Virus record (IMG/VR): IMGVR_UViG_3300032250_000072 | Span: 1 to 37,086 of that record | Source of the DNA: a virus | Lineage: Duplodnaviria; Caudoviricetes | Strand: one strand, 5' to 3' | DNA length: 37,086 nt | Shown: piece after piece, positions 17,501-26,084 of the stretch | How positions within the stretch are numbered: position 1 is the stretch's first letter | Layout: each line of letters starts with the position of its first letter | The notes under the pieces: model-generated | What the model was told of the DNA's origin: nothing | The model's database searches: none | What the model saw: only the letters and a program-made list of their open reading frames with translations | Program-made: the position numbers and the translations under genes

Positions 17501-18229
17501 GGAGCCGTCAAGGTCACGCACCAAGCCGGTCTGCACCAGTACGTCGTCAGGAGAGGTGCCCTTGGCCTCAAGTTCCTGCGCGATGCTGATGTTGGCTTTT
17601 TCCTGCGGTGTGAAAAACGCCTCTGGCAAAAACGTGCCACGCTGCCCACGCGCCATGGGGGACGTGACCGCATTTGCAGCCATTGACTCCCCCAGGGCAA
17701 CCCCCGCACTCTTCAACGCCTTGGCTACGCCAGGGGCAACCTCACGGGCAGCAAACGCCCCAGGCACTGTCTGCGCCACGGCACCAAGGTACTCCAGCGC
17801 GGCGGTGCCGTAGTCTCCCCGCTCAAAAGCACCGGCAGCACGCTCGGTGCTGCGGTAGCCTTCTTCCATAAAGTAGGGCAGTGCGGGCAACAGGGGTATA
17901 TCAAGCAACCCAGCGCCGAGTGGCAGGTTGCTTTGTGGACCACCCAGCACGGTCTGTACCATGCGGCGGGCACCAGCACGCTCTACGCCCAGCCCTTCTA
18001 GTGCTGACTGTGCACGGGCAACGTCACGCTCCCGCGTGGTGGGGCGGTACTCACGCATCTCGGCCGGTGGGGCTGGACGCGTGGGCTGCGCACGCACCAC
18101 ACTCGGCGGAGTGGGTGCCACGGGCTGCATGTAACTTGGACGCCACGGGGCGTCCAGCGGAGAGTCAGGGCGGCGAGGTACCTCGCCTGTTTCATAGCCT
18201 GGATCTAGTTGCTCGTCCATCACGGCCAT
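14570..18229 (-). CDS. Large internal virion/ejection (polyvalent) protein with LPD23-like region and zincin HExxH motif
   Basis: 1219 aa. TG..RDLDGSW..E.SD and HPELF..IPEL (LPD23-like), HETQH, GEARAR..Q.R, HF..PNY.GH.R...EIQSD. Last gene of the ejection block. Confidence 0.75.
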   Translation of the reverse strand: MAVMDEQLDPGYETGEVPRRPDSPLDAPWRPSYMQPVAPTPPSVVRAQPTRPAPPAEMREYRPTTRERDVARAQSALEGLGVERAGARRMVQTVLGGPQSNLPLGAGLLDIPLLPALPYFMEEGYRSTERAAGAFERGDYGTAALEYLGAVAQTVPGAFAAREVAPGVAKALKSAGVALGESMAANAVTSPMARGQRGTFLPEAFFTPQEKANISIAQELEAKGTSPDDVLVQTGLVRDLDGSWAVELSDDKMKFKALEAVKAAREPIVQRISDIEVAMQVRDILDRGGSMGNAARTIRVQTGQDPSPKALTLAQQRTNEQLEAALENANNSLTAPIKGLKYADVIEHPELFQRIPELAEMQVDFVTQADLGGKRTAGHFDPSAPGMGAIRLSSKYLRPGETYGRAIMGHETQHGIDYFAGKDYGIAPETIKEAGDSWNLRLEGDKINFDADATALQARRLMDKTPGMTPEQALDEVVDRANYYGIAENFGAAGKYNPENESTFAQDGMLRDATLRIIRNVPLDPLKQRVDAAQARLREAYQKARIAEPTEAGRYEQYMRNQGEARARLTQTRMDLTPEERRDIFPMREGMMALDRPPEALKTIGELTGGRYGTKRVAAPAASMGPERSLREVLEDEPYTLRTLENLPGKRTVIPMSEIRDQMRRPEVTKAEKDVLERVLSGQEGDSISAEDLVAGVRRETEPYGLAPKDVDRFADYGLENIDRNLTPSQWTFGMGEPNAQNARTTIHRSPTPTATNNHFRDPNYFGHTRAFEDEVGIPHVVEIQSDLVQKAGKELSEEERTRLQSAFDNVIAQEAVVIPIRQLYPYTAQGEDITWASTAAKDIISKQEQLLQANPDFVMLLEDGISSRLSTEISNALGIGVQFGNEGDLLRYIASMPDTPLGAGGLPRPPNEQHLALSIALHEELRDISNTLSLLSSEHSAKLAEGAAATAQRPMFKNWERRLIREELSRAATPQLNPEYESLRNRAKSALKYAKQIENSYVEQGFNRTDRMIAAATAPFRKEAEDFAQRALEVEQYKPVPPVVRFADADTVAAVEGWPRRIEVTPGEVMAPELADRRLVGSRAGTANDWTYTGNVRVDETGIWEAERYPIDATGNQIGEPIWSNMGTANLTEDTINKLTRVSDKFEYPEHQGIYDRYKKEVANYLKSLGGKQVKDDKGHGWWEVPIDPKKAKRTQLFSMGGAVAAGGAVTYNADEEQ

Positions 18230-18239
18230 TGCAAGCCCC

Positions 18240-19409
18240 TCAATCGTACTTCAATGCAGTCAAAAATCCCGCGCTTTGCGCAGCACTGAGCTTGTCCCGC
18301 AGGCCAGAGAAGTATTCGTCTTCAATGTCGGGTTCAGCTTCAGCAGAATAAATCTTGTCCAGTGTAGACATGGCACGGCGCATCGCCTGCTTGGCGGAGG
18401 TGCCATACCCATCCACAGCAAGTGGATACTCACCCGCACTGACCCACAAGTCACGCTCTACAATGGCGGTGCCGTCAGCGTTCATGTCCGGCATGCGGCG
18501 CAGTTGCACCATCATTGGCTGAGCGTGCACAGCCACCCCACGGGTGATGCCGTACACGGGTGCGCCCGGCTCCTCAGCCTCGATCTTGACGTAGTACGCC
18601 ATGTCCTCAGTGCGGTAGGTGGCAGTGTCCTTGGCAGACAACGCATCCAGCGCCCACTGCACGGGGTCATTGGTGGGCTGGGCGGTGCTCTGTACAGCCC
18701 AGCGACACTTGACCTTGAAGACGAAGACCTCCCCATCCGCGCTGATGCAGCACTTAGCCATGGCCGTGCCACGGAGCCCGCGCTGCATCAATAAGTCAGT
18801 CAGCGTGCCCAGCGTGTTGTCAAACAGGGGGGAGTCCTCCACCCAGCGGCTGATGCCCGTGTGGGTGAGGCTTTCCTGCACGGGGCCCAGCCACCCATCG
18901 CGGCCCATGTGGCGCAGCACCGTGGCCTGGAGTCCTTCCACGTAGTCTTGCAAAAGCAGACTGCCCTCGGGCGTGGGCATGCTGCGCACATGCGCCAGCA
19001 TATCAGCAGCAGAGTGAGACTCGTAGGTGTCCAGCTCTTCGCCCTTCAGCACGTAGCGGGCAGGCTTGGCGTATAGATGCTTGATCAGCGCATCAACGGT
19101 TGTGAACTGCTCCGTAGCGGGTGTAAGGGTGGCGTAATCCTCAAACTTCATGGAGCACGGAGTGTTCCACACGGGGTAGCCCCGCTGCACTAGTTGACGC
19201 AGCTTGGGCTCAAACTTATCACACCCACAGTTGAAGATTAGATCTGCCCAGCCGGTGTGGGCCACCCAGTTGTCAACCCGCTCAAAGCCACGGAAGCCAT
19301 TGCCCACCTCAGTATCTGGAGCGTACCACTTCACAGTATGTCCTGCCTGTGCAGCACGCAGCACAAGGCTGAGCGCCTTGGCGTCTTGGTCGAGCAGCAG
19401 GAGCTTCAT
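18240..19409 (-). CDS. Divergent PurD-like ATP-grasp protein
   Basis: N-terminal Rossmann-like MKLLLLD...AGHTVKW..WADLI, YVLKG and LLQDYVEG resemble phage PurD-like ATP-grasp proteins. Several catalytic motifs appear eroded. Confidence 0.55.
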   Translation of the reverse strand: MKLLLLDQDAKALSLVLRAAQAGHTVKWYAPDTEVGNGFRGFERVDNWVAHTGWADLIFNCGCDKFEPKLRQLVQRGYPVWNTPCSMKFEDYATLTPATEQFTTVDALIKHLYAKPARYVLKGEELDTYESHSAADMLAHVRSMPTPEGSLLLQDYVEGLQATVLRHMGRDGWLGPVQESLTHTGISRWVEDSPLFDNTLGTLTDLLMQRGLRGTAMAKCCISADGEVFVFKVKCRWAVQSTAQPTNDPVQWALDALSAKDTATYRTEDMAYYVKIEAEEPGAPVYGITRGVAVHAQPMMVQLRRMPDMNADGTAIVERDLWVSAGEYPLAVDGYGTSAKQAMRRAMSTLDKIYSAEAEPDIEDEYFSGLRDKLSAAQSAGFLTALKYD

Positions 19410-21157
19410 TCTGTTTCCTCACCCATGAGGAATGGAGCACGCTCACGGCGGGGCTGGGCTGCCACCCCCATAGTGACCATACCCGGTACGGCGGGCGCAA
19501 CGGGCGCTGTAGGTACCCTACCCCTAGGTTGTGCCATTAGGCGCTGGTAGCGCTCACCAGCGGCCATGCTGCGCACCGCTGGGCGGGCAGCAGCACCGGC
19601 AGCAAGCCCCGCCGCAATGCCGGGTTGACCGCTGAAGAGTGCTGCCGGAATACCTGCGCCCATGGCCCAGTCGCTAAGGACCATACCCTCCGGGGTGGTG
19701 AGTCCTTCAGTCTTCCGCATCACGCTGGGCATGGCGGCAGCAGCGTCAGCCACGCGGCGCATGTTGCCGGTGAGTGGCTCTCCCTTTTCCATAGCGCGAC
19801 GTAACGCCTGAGGATCTACCTTGCCGGTAGTTAGATTGGTAGTATCCTCAACCACGTAAGTCTTGGCATAGAGCTCCCGTGCACGACGGAACCTATCCAA
19901 CGCCCCTTGCCTGTTGGTCTGGCTAAGGTGAGTCTCCAGCAAATCTTCCATCATGTTAGCCGCCTCCTTAAAGGCGTAGGCGGCATCGATGCTCTCGCTG
20001 GGTGCGTCAGTGCGCTTGAGTGTGCGGGTGGCGATATCTCGGAAATTTTTGGTGATGTCTACAATCTCCTTGGGGGTCAGGGTGTTGAGCTTCCCCATAG
20101 AGCCGCGCAAGAGCTCTAGCTTACCAGCAGCATACATCTCGGGCATAGCATTTTTCATGCTGCGGAAACGTTCATCTAAATCCTGTACCTTGGTGACCCA
20201 GGCTGGGTCCGTAGCGCGGACGTTAATCACATCAGGGAGGGAGCGCAGTTGCTCGTATACCGAACCTGCTTGCTTACGGAGATCTTTAACTACGTCCTCA
20301 TCCAGCCGCCCGGTGGGGGACAAGCCGAGGTCCTGCCGCACGAGTTGGCTGGCTCGCTCCTCGTTGTACTGCACCAACCGCTTGACCAGTGGGGCTTGCT
20401 TGGCTACGGACTCAACTGCTACGTTCACCGCCCCACCACGGGACTCAGTAGGCAGAGCACGGAAACCCGACTGCTGGGCAGCGGCAATAGCATCCTGCTC
20501 TTGCGTGAACTGCGCAGGGCCCGTGGGGCGTCCAGGCCGAGCACGCAGTGCTTGCCTTCCACCCACGGCGGTAAGGGCAACCTCAGGAGTCGCTTTGCCA
20601 ACCACTTCACCCGCCATGCGGCCCTGCTCACCGCCCACCAGTTCCCCAACCGCACCACCAACCTGACCAGCAGCCTCAGTTGCTGCAACAAACGGGGCTG
20701 ACGCCATGGCCGTGAACGCTTGCCCCGCCTGTGTACGGGGCTGGTACGTCATGGCTTGCTGCACGCTCTCCACAGCCTCAGCCCCACGGGCCAGGGCTTG
20801 CTCGGTGGGTTTGCCAGTAGCAATGTCGTACGCCGTGCGGCCAAGCCCCATCACCCCCGCTACCGGAGTTGCCACCGCACCAGTGACCATGGTGGCCGGT
20901 GTTTCCAGCAGAGCACCGGCCAGAGCCTTTGCCGTACCCTTGACAACATCCATCGGCGCAGGCATGGGCGCAATCTGCGGACGGAGTTGCCCCGTGGGGG
21001 CCGGTACAACGTCACCACTGGCTTGCGCAGCGCGGTAGCGAGCCCATTCCTCCCGTGGAGCGTAGATACTTGGCTGCCGCATGCGGGGACGCACGGGCTC
21101 CCAGCCCTCAACACGAGCGTCCGGTACGGTCTCCCAGGTAGCTTCGGTAGCCATCAC
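19406..21157 (-). CDS. Internal virion / DNA ejection protein
   Basis: 583 aa, Ala/Gly-rich helical, TYQPRT.AG motif, position in the ejection block. Confidence 0.65.
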   Translation of the reverse strand: MMATEATWETVPDARVEGWEPVRPRMRQPSIYAPREEWARYRAAQASGDVVPAPTGQLRPQIAPMPAPMDVVKGTAKALAGALLETPATMVTGAVATPVAGVMGLGRTAYDIATGKPTEQALARGAEAVESVQQAMTYQPRTQAGQAFTAMASAPFVAATEAAGQVGGAVGELVGGEQGRMAGEVVGKATPEVALTAVGGRQALRARPGRPTGPAQFTQEQDAIAAAQQSGFRALPTESRGGAVNVAVESVAKQAPLVKRLVQYNEERASQLVRQDLGLSPTGRLDEDVVKDLRKQAGSVYEQLRSLPDVINVRATDPAWVTKVQDLDERFRSMKNAMPEMYAAGKLELLRGSMGKLNTLTPKEIVDITKNFRDIATRTLKRTDAPSESIDAAYAFKEAANMMEDLLETHLSQTNRQGALDRFRRARELYAKTYVVEDTTNLTTGKVDPQALRRAMEKGEPLTGNMRRVADAAAAMPSVMRKTEGLTTPEGMVLSDWAMGAGIPAALFSGQPGIAAGLAAGAAARPAVRSMAAGERYQRLMAQPRGRVPTAPVAPAVPGMVTMGVAAQPRRERAPFLMGEETE

Positions 21158-23151
21158 TGTGCCTTTCTGCGCTGTTGCACCGTACCATCAGGGCCAATGC
21201 GGTAGTCAAATTTATCAGGCTCGTACGTGCGGTTAGCCCGACGGAGCGCGTCTCTGATTGCGCCAGTCTGGTCTGCTGCGGGAGCTGCGGGAGCCGCTGC
21301 TGCTGGTTCACCGGGTGGGGGTACGTCCACACCCAAGCGCCGCAACTCCTCACGCGTGGAGCGCACATCAGCCATTGCACGGCTCCGTGCGGTGGGGTCC
21401 GTGGCCGTGTTCATGCGCTGGAGCGCAGCGTCATACTCTTGACGAAGAATGGTGGCGCGATCTTGGTCCCTACCCGCTTGCGTGGCCGGGGGCACCGTGG
21501 TGCCTTCACCGCGCTTAGGGGGTGGAGAGATGCTGGTAATCAGCTGCTGCTTGGCCCCTTCCACGCCACGCTGGCGGGCCTCAATCATGTCCTTAAACGG
21601 CTGCTTGAACGCGAGCAACTGGCTGAGGTTGGTGTTGGGGTCCAGCATGCGCTCGGCAAGCTGCTTGTACGCTACCGGAGTGCCCGCAGCGCCCGTGGCA
21701 CCGCTGGTGACGCGTGCCGCCTCGTCGATGAACGCGGTGTACAGCGCATTCATGCCAGAGAAAGTGGGTTCACCCGCAATCTCAGTAGCGGCGCGGTTCC
21801 AGTATCTGCGGACAAGCGGAGAGTCAGGCCCACCAATTTTCTTAAGTTCGGCCTCCATCTTGTCAAGAATACCGATCAACTCCTTCTCACCAGCGGAAAG
21901 AATAACGTCCTGCGTGGTGATGCGCTTCAGCGCCTCTTGACCCGCACGGGCCATGGAAGCTTGCACGCCTGCGGAGGTAGCTGTCTCCCCACGGGAGGCC
22001 ATGTCCTGCACAAAGTTGCGGAGGAACAGCACGCGGTCCCTACGTGCAGCGGCCCCAGTACCGAAGCTAGGTACTGGAATCTGCCGCCCATACACGCGGG
22101 AGTACTCTGCCAGCTTGGCGTTCTCGTCAGATGTGAGGTCAGGCACCTCATCAAGTCCAGAACGTGCACGCGCCGCCGCAACGCTCCCTACCTTAAATGC
22201 ATCAGCGGGCAGGGACGGCACCGGGGTGCGCGTACCGTCCTTATTAACCTGCACGGTCTGCCGCATGGAGCGGCTAGTCTCGTAGATGTTGCCTTGCGGG
22301 TCAGTGTACTGTTCCCAGTCTCGGCCCGTGGTGGGGGCTGCACCGCGTGCGGTGACAATCGGCTTCAGCTCTGCGGGGTTTCCGATGTACTGGTTACCCG
22401 TGGTGGTGTCAACCAGTCCAACTCCCGGCACGTTGGCAACCACCTTACCGTCTGGGGCAATAAGATTCTCAGTTTTGCCCGTAGAAGCCGCCTTAGCGCG
22501 GGCAGCCTCCAGCGCATTCTTTATCTGTGTGGTTTGGTACTTGCTGGCGCTAATGATTCCAGGCAACACCTCAGGCGTCACTGCCTGTAGGCTCTGTACC
22601 ACCTGTTCATTGAACATGGGTGTGTTGGGCCCTGCCATGCGCCCCTGCATATTGACGACCAGCTTGGCCCGGTTGTCATTAAATTTGGCAAGTGCGCTCT
22701 CAGCACCACCGGCCTCAAGGTCTGACTCGTACTGGCGCTGCAACGCATCGAGGAATGGCATTGCGCTCTCAATGCCCGCGCTGTAGGCGGACAGTTCATC
22801 CTCACGCAAGCCTGAGATCTTCTTTTGAAGATCCATATCAGCAGTTTTTAGCTTCTGCGCTTGCTCGCCAAGACGAGTGAAGTACTCAGGGCTCACGCGG
22901 CCCCTAAGTTGCGTCAGAGCACGTTCAATACCCGGAGGGGTGAACAAATCACCACCAGAGCGGATGTAACTCTGTACAGCGGCACGGTCATTTTGCGCAG
23001 ACTGCTGAGCACGCATCTTGGTCTGCGTGTCAGCCATCGTACCGGCAAGGGAGTAGGCCTCTTCAATAGCGCCGGTGACGTTTACGGGGGTGAACTGTGC
23101 CCGCATAGGCACAGCAGCCGCACCCTGCATAAGAGAAAAGTCTACAGCCAT
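21154..23151 (-). CDS. Internal virion / DNA ejection protein
   Basis: 665 aa Ala/Gln-rich helical protein between other ejection genes. Confidence 0.65.
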   Translation of the reverse strand: MAVDFSLMQGAAAVPMRAQFTPVNVTGAIEEAYSLAGTMADTQTKMRAQQSAQNDRAAVQSYIRSGGDLFTPPGIERALTQLRGRVSPEYFTRLGEQAQKLKTADMDLQKKISGLREDELSAYSAGIESAMPFLDALQRQYESDLEAGGAESALAKFNDNRAKLVVNMQGRMAGPNTPMFNEQVVQSLQAVTPEVLPGIISASKYQTTQIKNALEAARAKAASTGKTENLIAPDGKVVANVPGVGLVDTTTGNQYIGNPAELKPIVTARGAAPTTGRDWEQYTDPQGNIYETSRSMRQTVQVNKDGTRTPVPSLPADAFKVGSVAAARARSGLDEVPDLTSDENAKLAEYSRVYGRQIPVPSFGTGAAARRDRVLFLRNFVQDMASRGETATSAGVQASMARAGQEALKRITTQDVILSAGEKELIGILDKMEAELKKIGGPDSPLVRRYWNRAATEIAGEPTFSGMNALYTAFIDEAARVTSGATGAAGTPVAYKQLAERMLDPNTNLSQLLAFKQPFKDMIEARQRGVEGAKQQLITSISPPPKRGEGTTVPPATQAGRDQDRATILRQEYDAALQRMNTATDPTARSRAMADVRSTREELRRLGVDVPPPGEPAAAAPAAPAADQTGAIRDALRRANRTYEPDKFDYRIGPDGTVQQRRKAQ

Positions 23152-23154
23152 ACC

Positions 23155-24102
23155 TCACCCCACCATGTCGTAGTCGACCATCAAGTACCCGGCGGGGCCG
23201 CGCTGCACGGCTTGCGGCTTGCGCTGTGCGAGCTCTTGTGCCATAACGCCCATGCGGGGCTCGTCATCATTAACCATGCGGTAGGCGTAGATTGTATCAC
23301 CTTCAAAAGTCTTACCTACAGGGCGAGCATCCCGCTTGGCCCGCATGTCAGACGTGCCCATACCCAGCGTCGGCACACCGCCAGACAACAAATCAAAACT
23401 GCCGCCACCGCCTGCTGGCAATGCGGGGCTGCTCAAACTAACGCCCTGCGTAGGTAGGGAATAGTCAACTCCGCCACCGCCACCAAAAAGATTTCTCAAT
23501 ACGTCCATCTGGCCCAGTTGCTTGCCCAGATTGGACACAGCACTGCCGTAGATGTTGCCCTGCGCCACTTGACTGCCCGCCAGCGCACCACCCGCAGCCA
23601 GCGCCGCGTTGGAGGACACATCGGCCACCCGACCCACCTCAGTCTGACCGACCTGTGCAAGAGACTGGATAGGCTTCAAGTTAGCCTCAAGCTGTGCAAG
23701 GTACTGGTTGAATGCTTGGTTCTGGTACTGAGCGCCAACCTTCTGCCCGTACTCGGTCAACCCCGCCAGCGTGTTGGAGCTGAGCAGCCCACCCCTGCTA
23801 GCGGCAGACTGCTCAATAGCCTCCCTGCCTGTAGCAAGGGCAGTCTGCATAGCGGGGGCGTTCATAGCATCAGCCATGCTGAACTGTGCTCTAAACTCAC
23901 CACCGGGGGCTAGTCCGGTTTGCAGGCGTTGCAGAGCGGTCTTACCCGCCTCGACCCAAGGGGCTCGCTGAGCGGCCTGTATTTCTGCAGCGCGGGTGGC
24001 AGCGTCAGCTTGCGTCTGGGCTGCATTCTCCGCCCCACTAGCGGCCATGTCTGCCGCTATGAGACTACCGCCAATAGTTAGCACAGCAGCAAAGATAGGC
24101 AT
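23155..24102 (-). CDS. DNA transfer (P22 gp7-like) protein with C-terminal peptidase S74/intramolecular chaperone-like domain
   Basis: AAQTQADAA..A, PW.EAG..AL, SAASRGGLLS..TL..L..YGQ. C-terminal SDMRAKRD...IYAYR...GVMAQE...P.AV...YLMVDY. GGAG SD. Confidence 0.8.
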   Translation of the reverse strand: MPIFAAVLTIGGSLIAADMAASGAENAAQTQADAATRAAEIQAAQRAPWVEAGKTALQRLQTGLAPGGEFRAQFSMADAMNAPAMQTALATGREAIEQSAASRGGLLSSNTLAGLTEYGQKVGAQYQNQAFNQYLAQLEANLKPIQSLAQVGQTEVGRVADVSSNAALAAGGALAGSQVAQGNIYGSAVSNLGKQLGQMDVLRNLFGGGGGVDYSLPTQGVSLSSPALPAGGGGSFDLLSGGVPTLGMGTSDMRAKRDARPVGKTFEGDTIYAYRMVNDDEPRMGVMAQELAQRKPQAVQRGPAGYLMVDYDMVG

Positions 24103-24103
24103 T

Positions 24104-24433
24104 TCAGTTCTCCACAATCAGTTGTGCGTCTACCTTATCAGGGTCAGTTTCATCCGTGTGGTGGATGCAGTACCACACGCTGTCTTTAATTGACGAGATA
24201 GAGTGGCTGAGCCCCGCTGGAATGTTGATCACTGCTGGGGCGTGATACTCGCGCTTTCTTTCACCAAGCTGGACCAACACGTGCCCGCTTGCGAGAATAG
24301 ACATGTGGTCGTGCGTATGGCGATGCTGAATGAGCATGCGCCCAGCGGGAATGGTTATTTCCTTGGCGTACACACCACTAGAAAAGTGGTGTGTTACTTC
24401 GCAGCCAAGTTGCTCAAGGGGGTGCAGCTCCAT
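24104..24433 (-). CDS. Cupin-domain protein
   Basis: HHFSSGVYAKE..IPAG....QHRHTHDH.SIL..G...IPAG..H. Confidence 0.8.
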   Translation of the reverse strand: MELHPLEQLGCEVTHHFSSGVYAKEITIPAGRMLIQHRHTHDHMSILASGHVLVQLGERKREYHAPAVINIPAGLSHSISSIKDSVWYCIHHTDETDPDKVDAQLIVEN

Positions 24434-24471
24434 ACCTGTGCAGTGTACCGCGTGGCGGGCACAGTCCGCAA

Positions 24472-24807
24472 CTAGGATACTTCACGTCCACTAGCGCGGA
24501 TGTTGATGGCGGTTGCCGTACCGGCGATTGTAGAGATGAACCCGCTGGGCGCAAGCACATGTCCCACCAACTCGGGGAATGTGTAAGTCTCGCTAGCCTG
24601 GAGCGTCTTGGTCTTGGTGATCAAGTTTTGGTTGCCTGCGGTGTCAGATGGGGTGACAAGGTTAACGCTGATCGTGGCCGCTGACGCGCTGTAGTTCGTC
24701 GCGGTAAACTTGTCGATGATCGTCGTTACACCCGTGGCGGTGTACTGCGTGGTCTGCGTGTTCTCGGCAATCTTGGCCGGGATCAGGACTTTGACGGTGA
24801 CGGTCAT
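24472..24807 (-). CDS. Small tail-associated structural protein
   Basis: Thr-rich beta-type protein (IIDKFTATN, ETYTFPELVG) directly downstream of the tail fibre. Confidence 0.65.
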   Translation of the reverse strand: MTVTVKVLIPAKIAENTQTTQYTATGVTTIIDKFTATNYSASAATISVNLVTPSDTAGNQNLITKTKTLQASETYTFPELVGHVLAPSGFISTIAGTATAINIRASGREVS

Positions 24808-24809
24808 GA

Positions 24810-26084
24810 TTAGGTCGCCTGTGTTTGAGCCGTAAGAATGCCGTTGGTAAACGTCATGCTGCCATCGGCACCACCGGCTGTGAGCTTCGCGGTGGTAATA
24901 GTGGCCGAGATGCCAGTGTTTTGAAACGCCATTGTTCCAAGACCTGTTACCGCAATAGTTTGCGTCGTGGTGCCAGTGATGCTGATGTTTGACCCAGCCG
25001 CCAAATTTGTAGCGATTGTCGCCGACCCAACGCCGTTGGTCACTGCAATTCCGGTGCCTGCTGTCAACGCGGCTGTGGTGAAGTCAGTTCCGTTCCCAAT
25101 CAGCATCTGGCCATTGGTCGGATTGCCAGTACCCAAACCCATCGCGTCGCGTGCGGCAGTGGGCGCAGTGTTTTCCCACCGCGCATCCACTCCGTCATAC
25201 ACGAGAAAATCGTTAGCCGCAACGCTGATAATCTCGACGTTGCTGTCTGTGCCGCCAAGGACTGAGCCAGGAACGATGCGAATGCCCATTGACCCAGATC
25301 CTGCGACGGCGGCGTTGATGACTTCGCCAACATAAGTCTTTTGGTTGGGTGCTGACGGCTTGACCTTTGTCATTCTGCCAACAAACGCGGGGTTGTAGTA
25401 CAGCGCATCTCCGTCCGCCCACGTCTCGCCGACGCTGCTGCCTGTGGTGTTGAACCCGCGCAAAACGCCGCTAATCTGTATGAGGCCAAACCCGTTCAAC
25501 GCAATCGTCTCAGCGGCCACGCCTACGATCTGGTTAGGGTCAACCAATCCAAGGGGTGTAGGCGCAGCAGTGATGGTTCCTGACGCACCCACCGCGCCCG
25601 TGTGGTAACACAACTGCCCTTTGGTGATGGCAGAAGACGCCCTGACGTAAACGTATTCAGACTCGCCAACACGCTGCAACACATTGGCCGTCATCTGGAT
25701 GCCCAGCGTCGTGCCACCGGCCCATGCCGCTGTGCCCGTATCGGTAGGAACATGCTCAGGTGTTGTATCGAATGTCGTCCATGGCAAGTTAGCTTGTTGC
25801 AGCGCAGAAAACGTACCTAGCTCTTGCCGGGGGAGTGTCTGTAACTCTTGCAGGGCAGCAGAGACATCACACTCTTGCCGGGGGAGTGTCTGTAACTCTT
25901 GCAGGGCAGCTAACAGCGCAGCAGATAAAGATGTTAGAGCACTGATGGGGCTTGGACCAATGTCTTCCTGACCCTCAGAAGCAGCTACAAGATTCCGCAA
26001 CTGATCAAACCACGCAAGCCATGCGTTAGTTAATCCACCCTGTGGGGTGGCTATGGGAAGCTGTAGCGGTGGTGGGCTAATCAT
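24810..26084 (-). CDS. Tail fibre/spike protein
   Basis: N-terminal PI....G....W..WF anchor. Gly/Thr/Ala-rich with GQMLIGNG, LTAGTGI.VTNG.G, GLGTMA.QN and GSMTFTNGILT fibre motifs. Confidence 0.8.
   Translation of the reverse strand: MISPPPLQLPIATPQGGLTNAWLAWFDQLRNLVAASEGQEDIGPSPISALTSLSAALLAALQELQTLPRQECDVSAALQELQTLPRQELGTFSALQQANLPWTTFDTTPEHVPTDTGTAAWAGGTTLGIQMTANVLQRVGESEYVYVRASSAITKGQLCYHTGAVGASGTITAAPTPLGLVDPNQIVGVAAETIALNGFGLIQISGVLRGFNTTGSSVGETWADGDALYYNPAFVGRMTKVKPSAPNQKTYVGEVINAAVAGSGSMGIRIVPGSVLGGTDSNVEIISVAANDFLVYDGVDARWENTAPTAARDAMGLGTGNPTNGQMLIGNGTDFTTAALTAGTGIAVTNGVGSATIATNLAAGSNISITGTTTQTIAVTGLGTMAFQNTGISATITTAKLTAGGADGSMTFTNGILTAQTQAT
25821..25910. repeat. Exact 39-bp direct repeat, period 51 bp, inside the tail fibre gene
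   Basis: CTCTTGCCGGGGGAGTGTCTGTAACTCTTGCAGGGCAGC at 25821-25859 and 25872-25910, encoding AALQELQTLPRQE twice. Confidence 0.95.

Noticed and set aside
18240-19409. purD auxiliary metabolic gene
   Set aside because: Key PurD catalytic motifs are not recognisable and the location among virion genes argues against purine synthesis.
21175-22590. 471-aa + strand ORF
   Set aside because: Antisense shadow of an ejection protein gene in GC-rich DNA, with no motifs.
25821-25910. att site, CRISPR or DGR repeat
   Set aside because: Only two adjacent identical in-frame copies, with no integrase, reverse transcriptase or adenine-specific mismatches.
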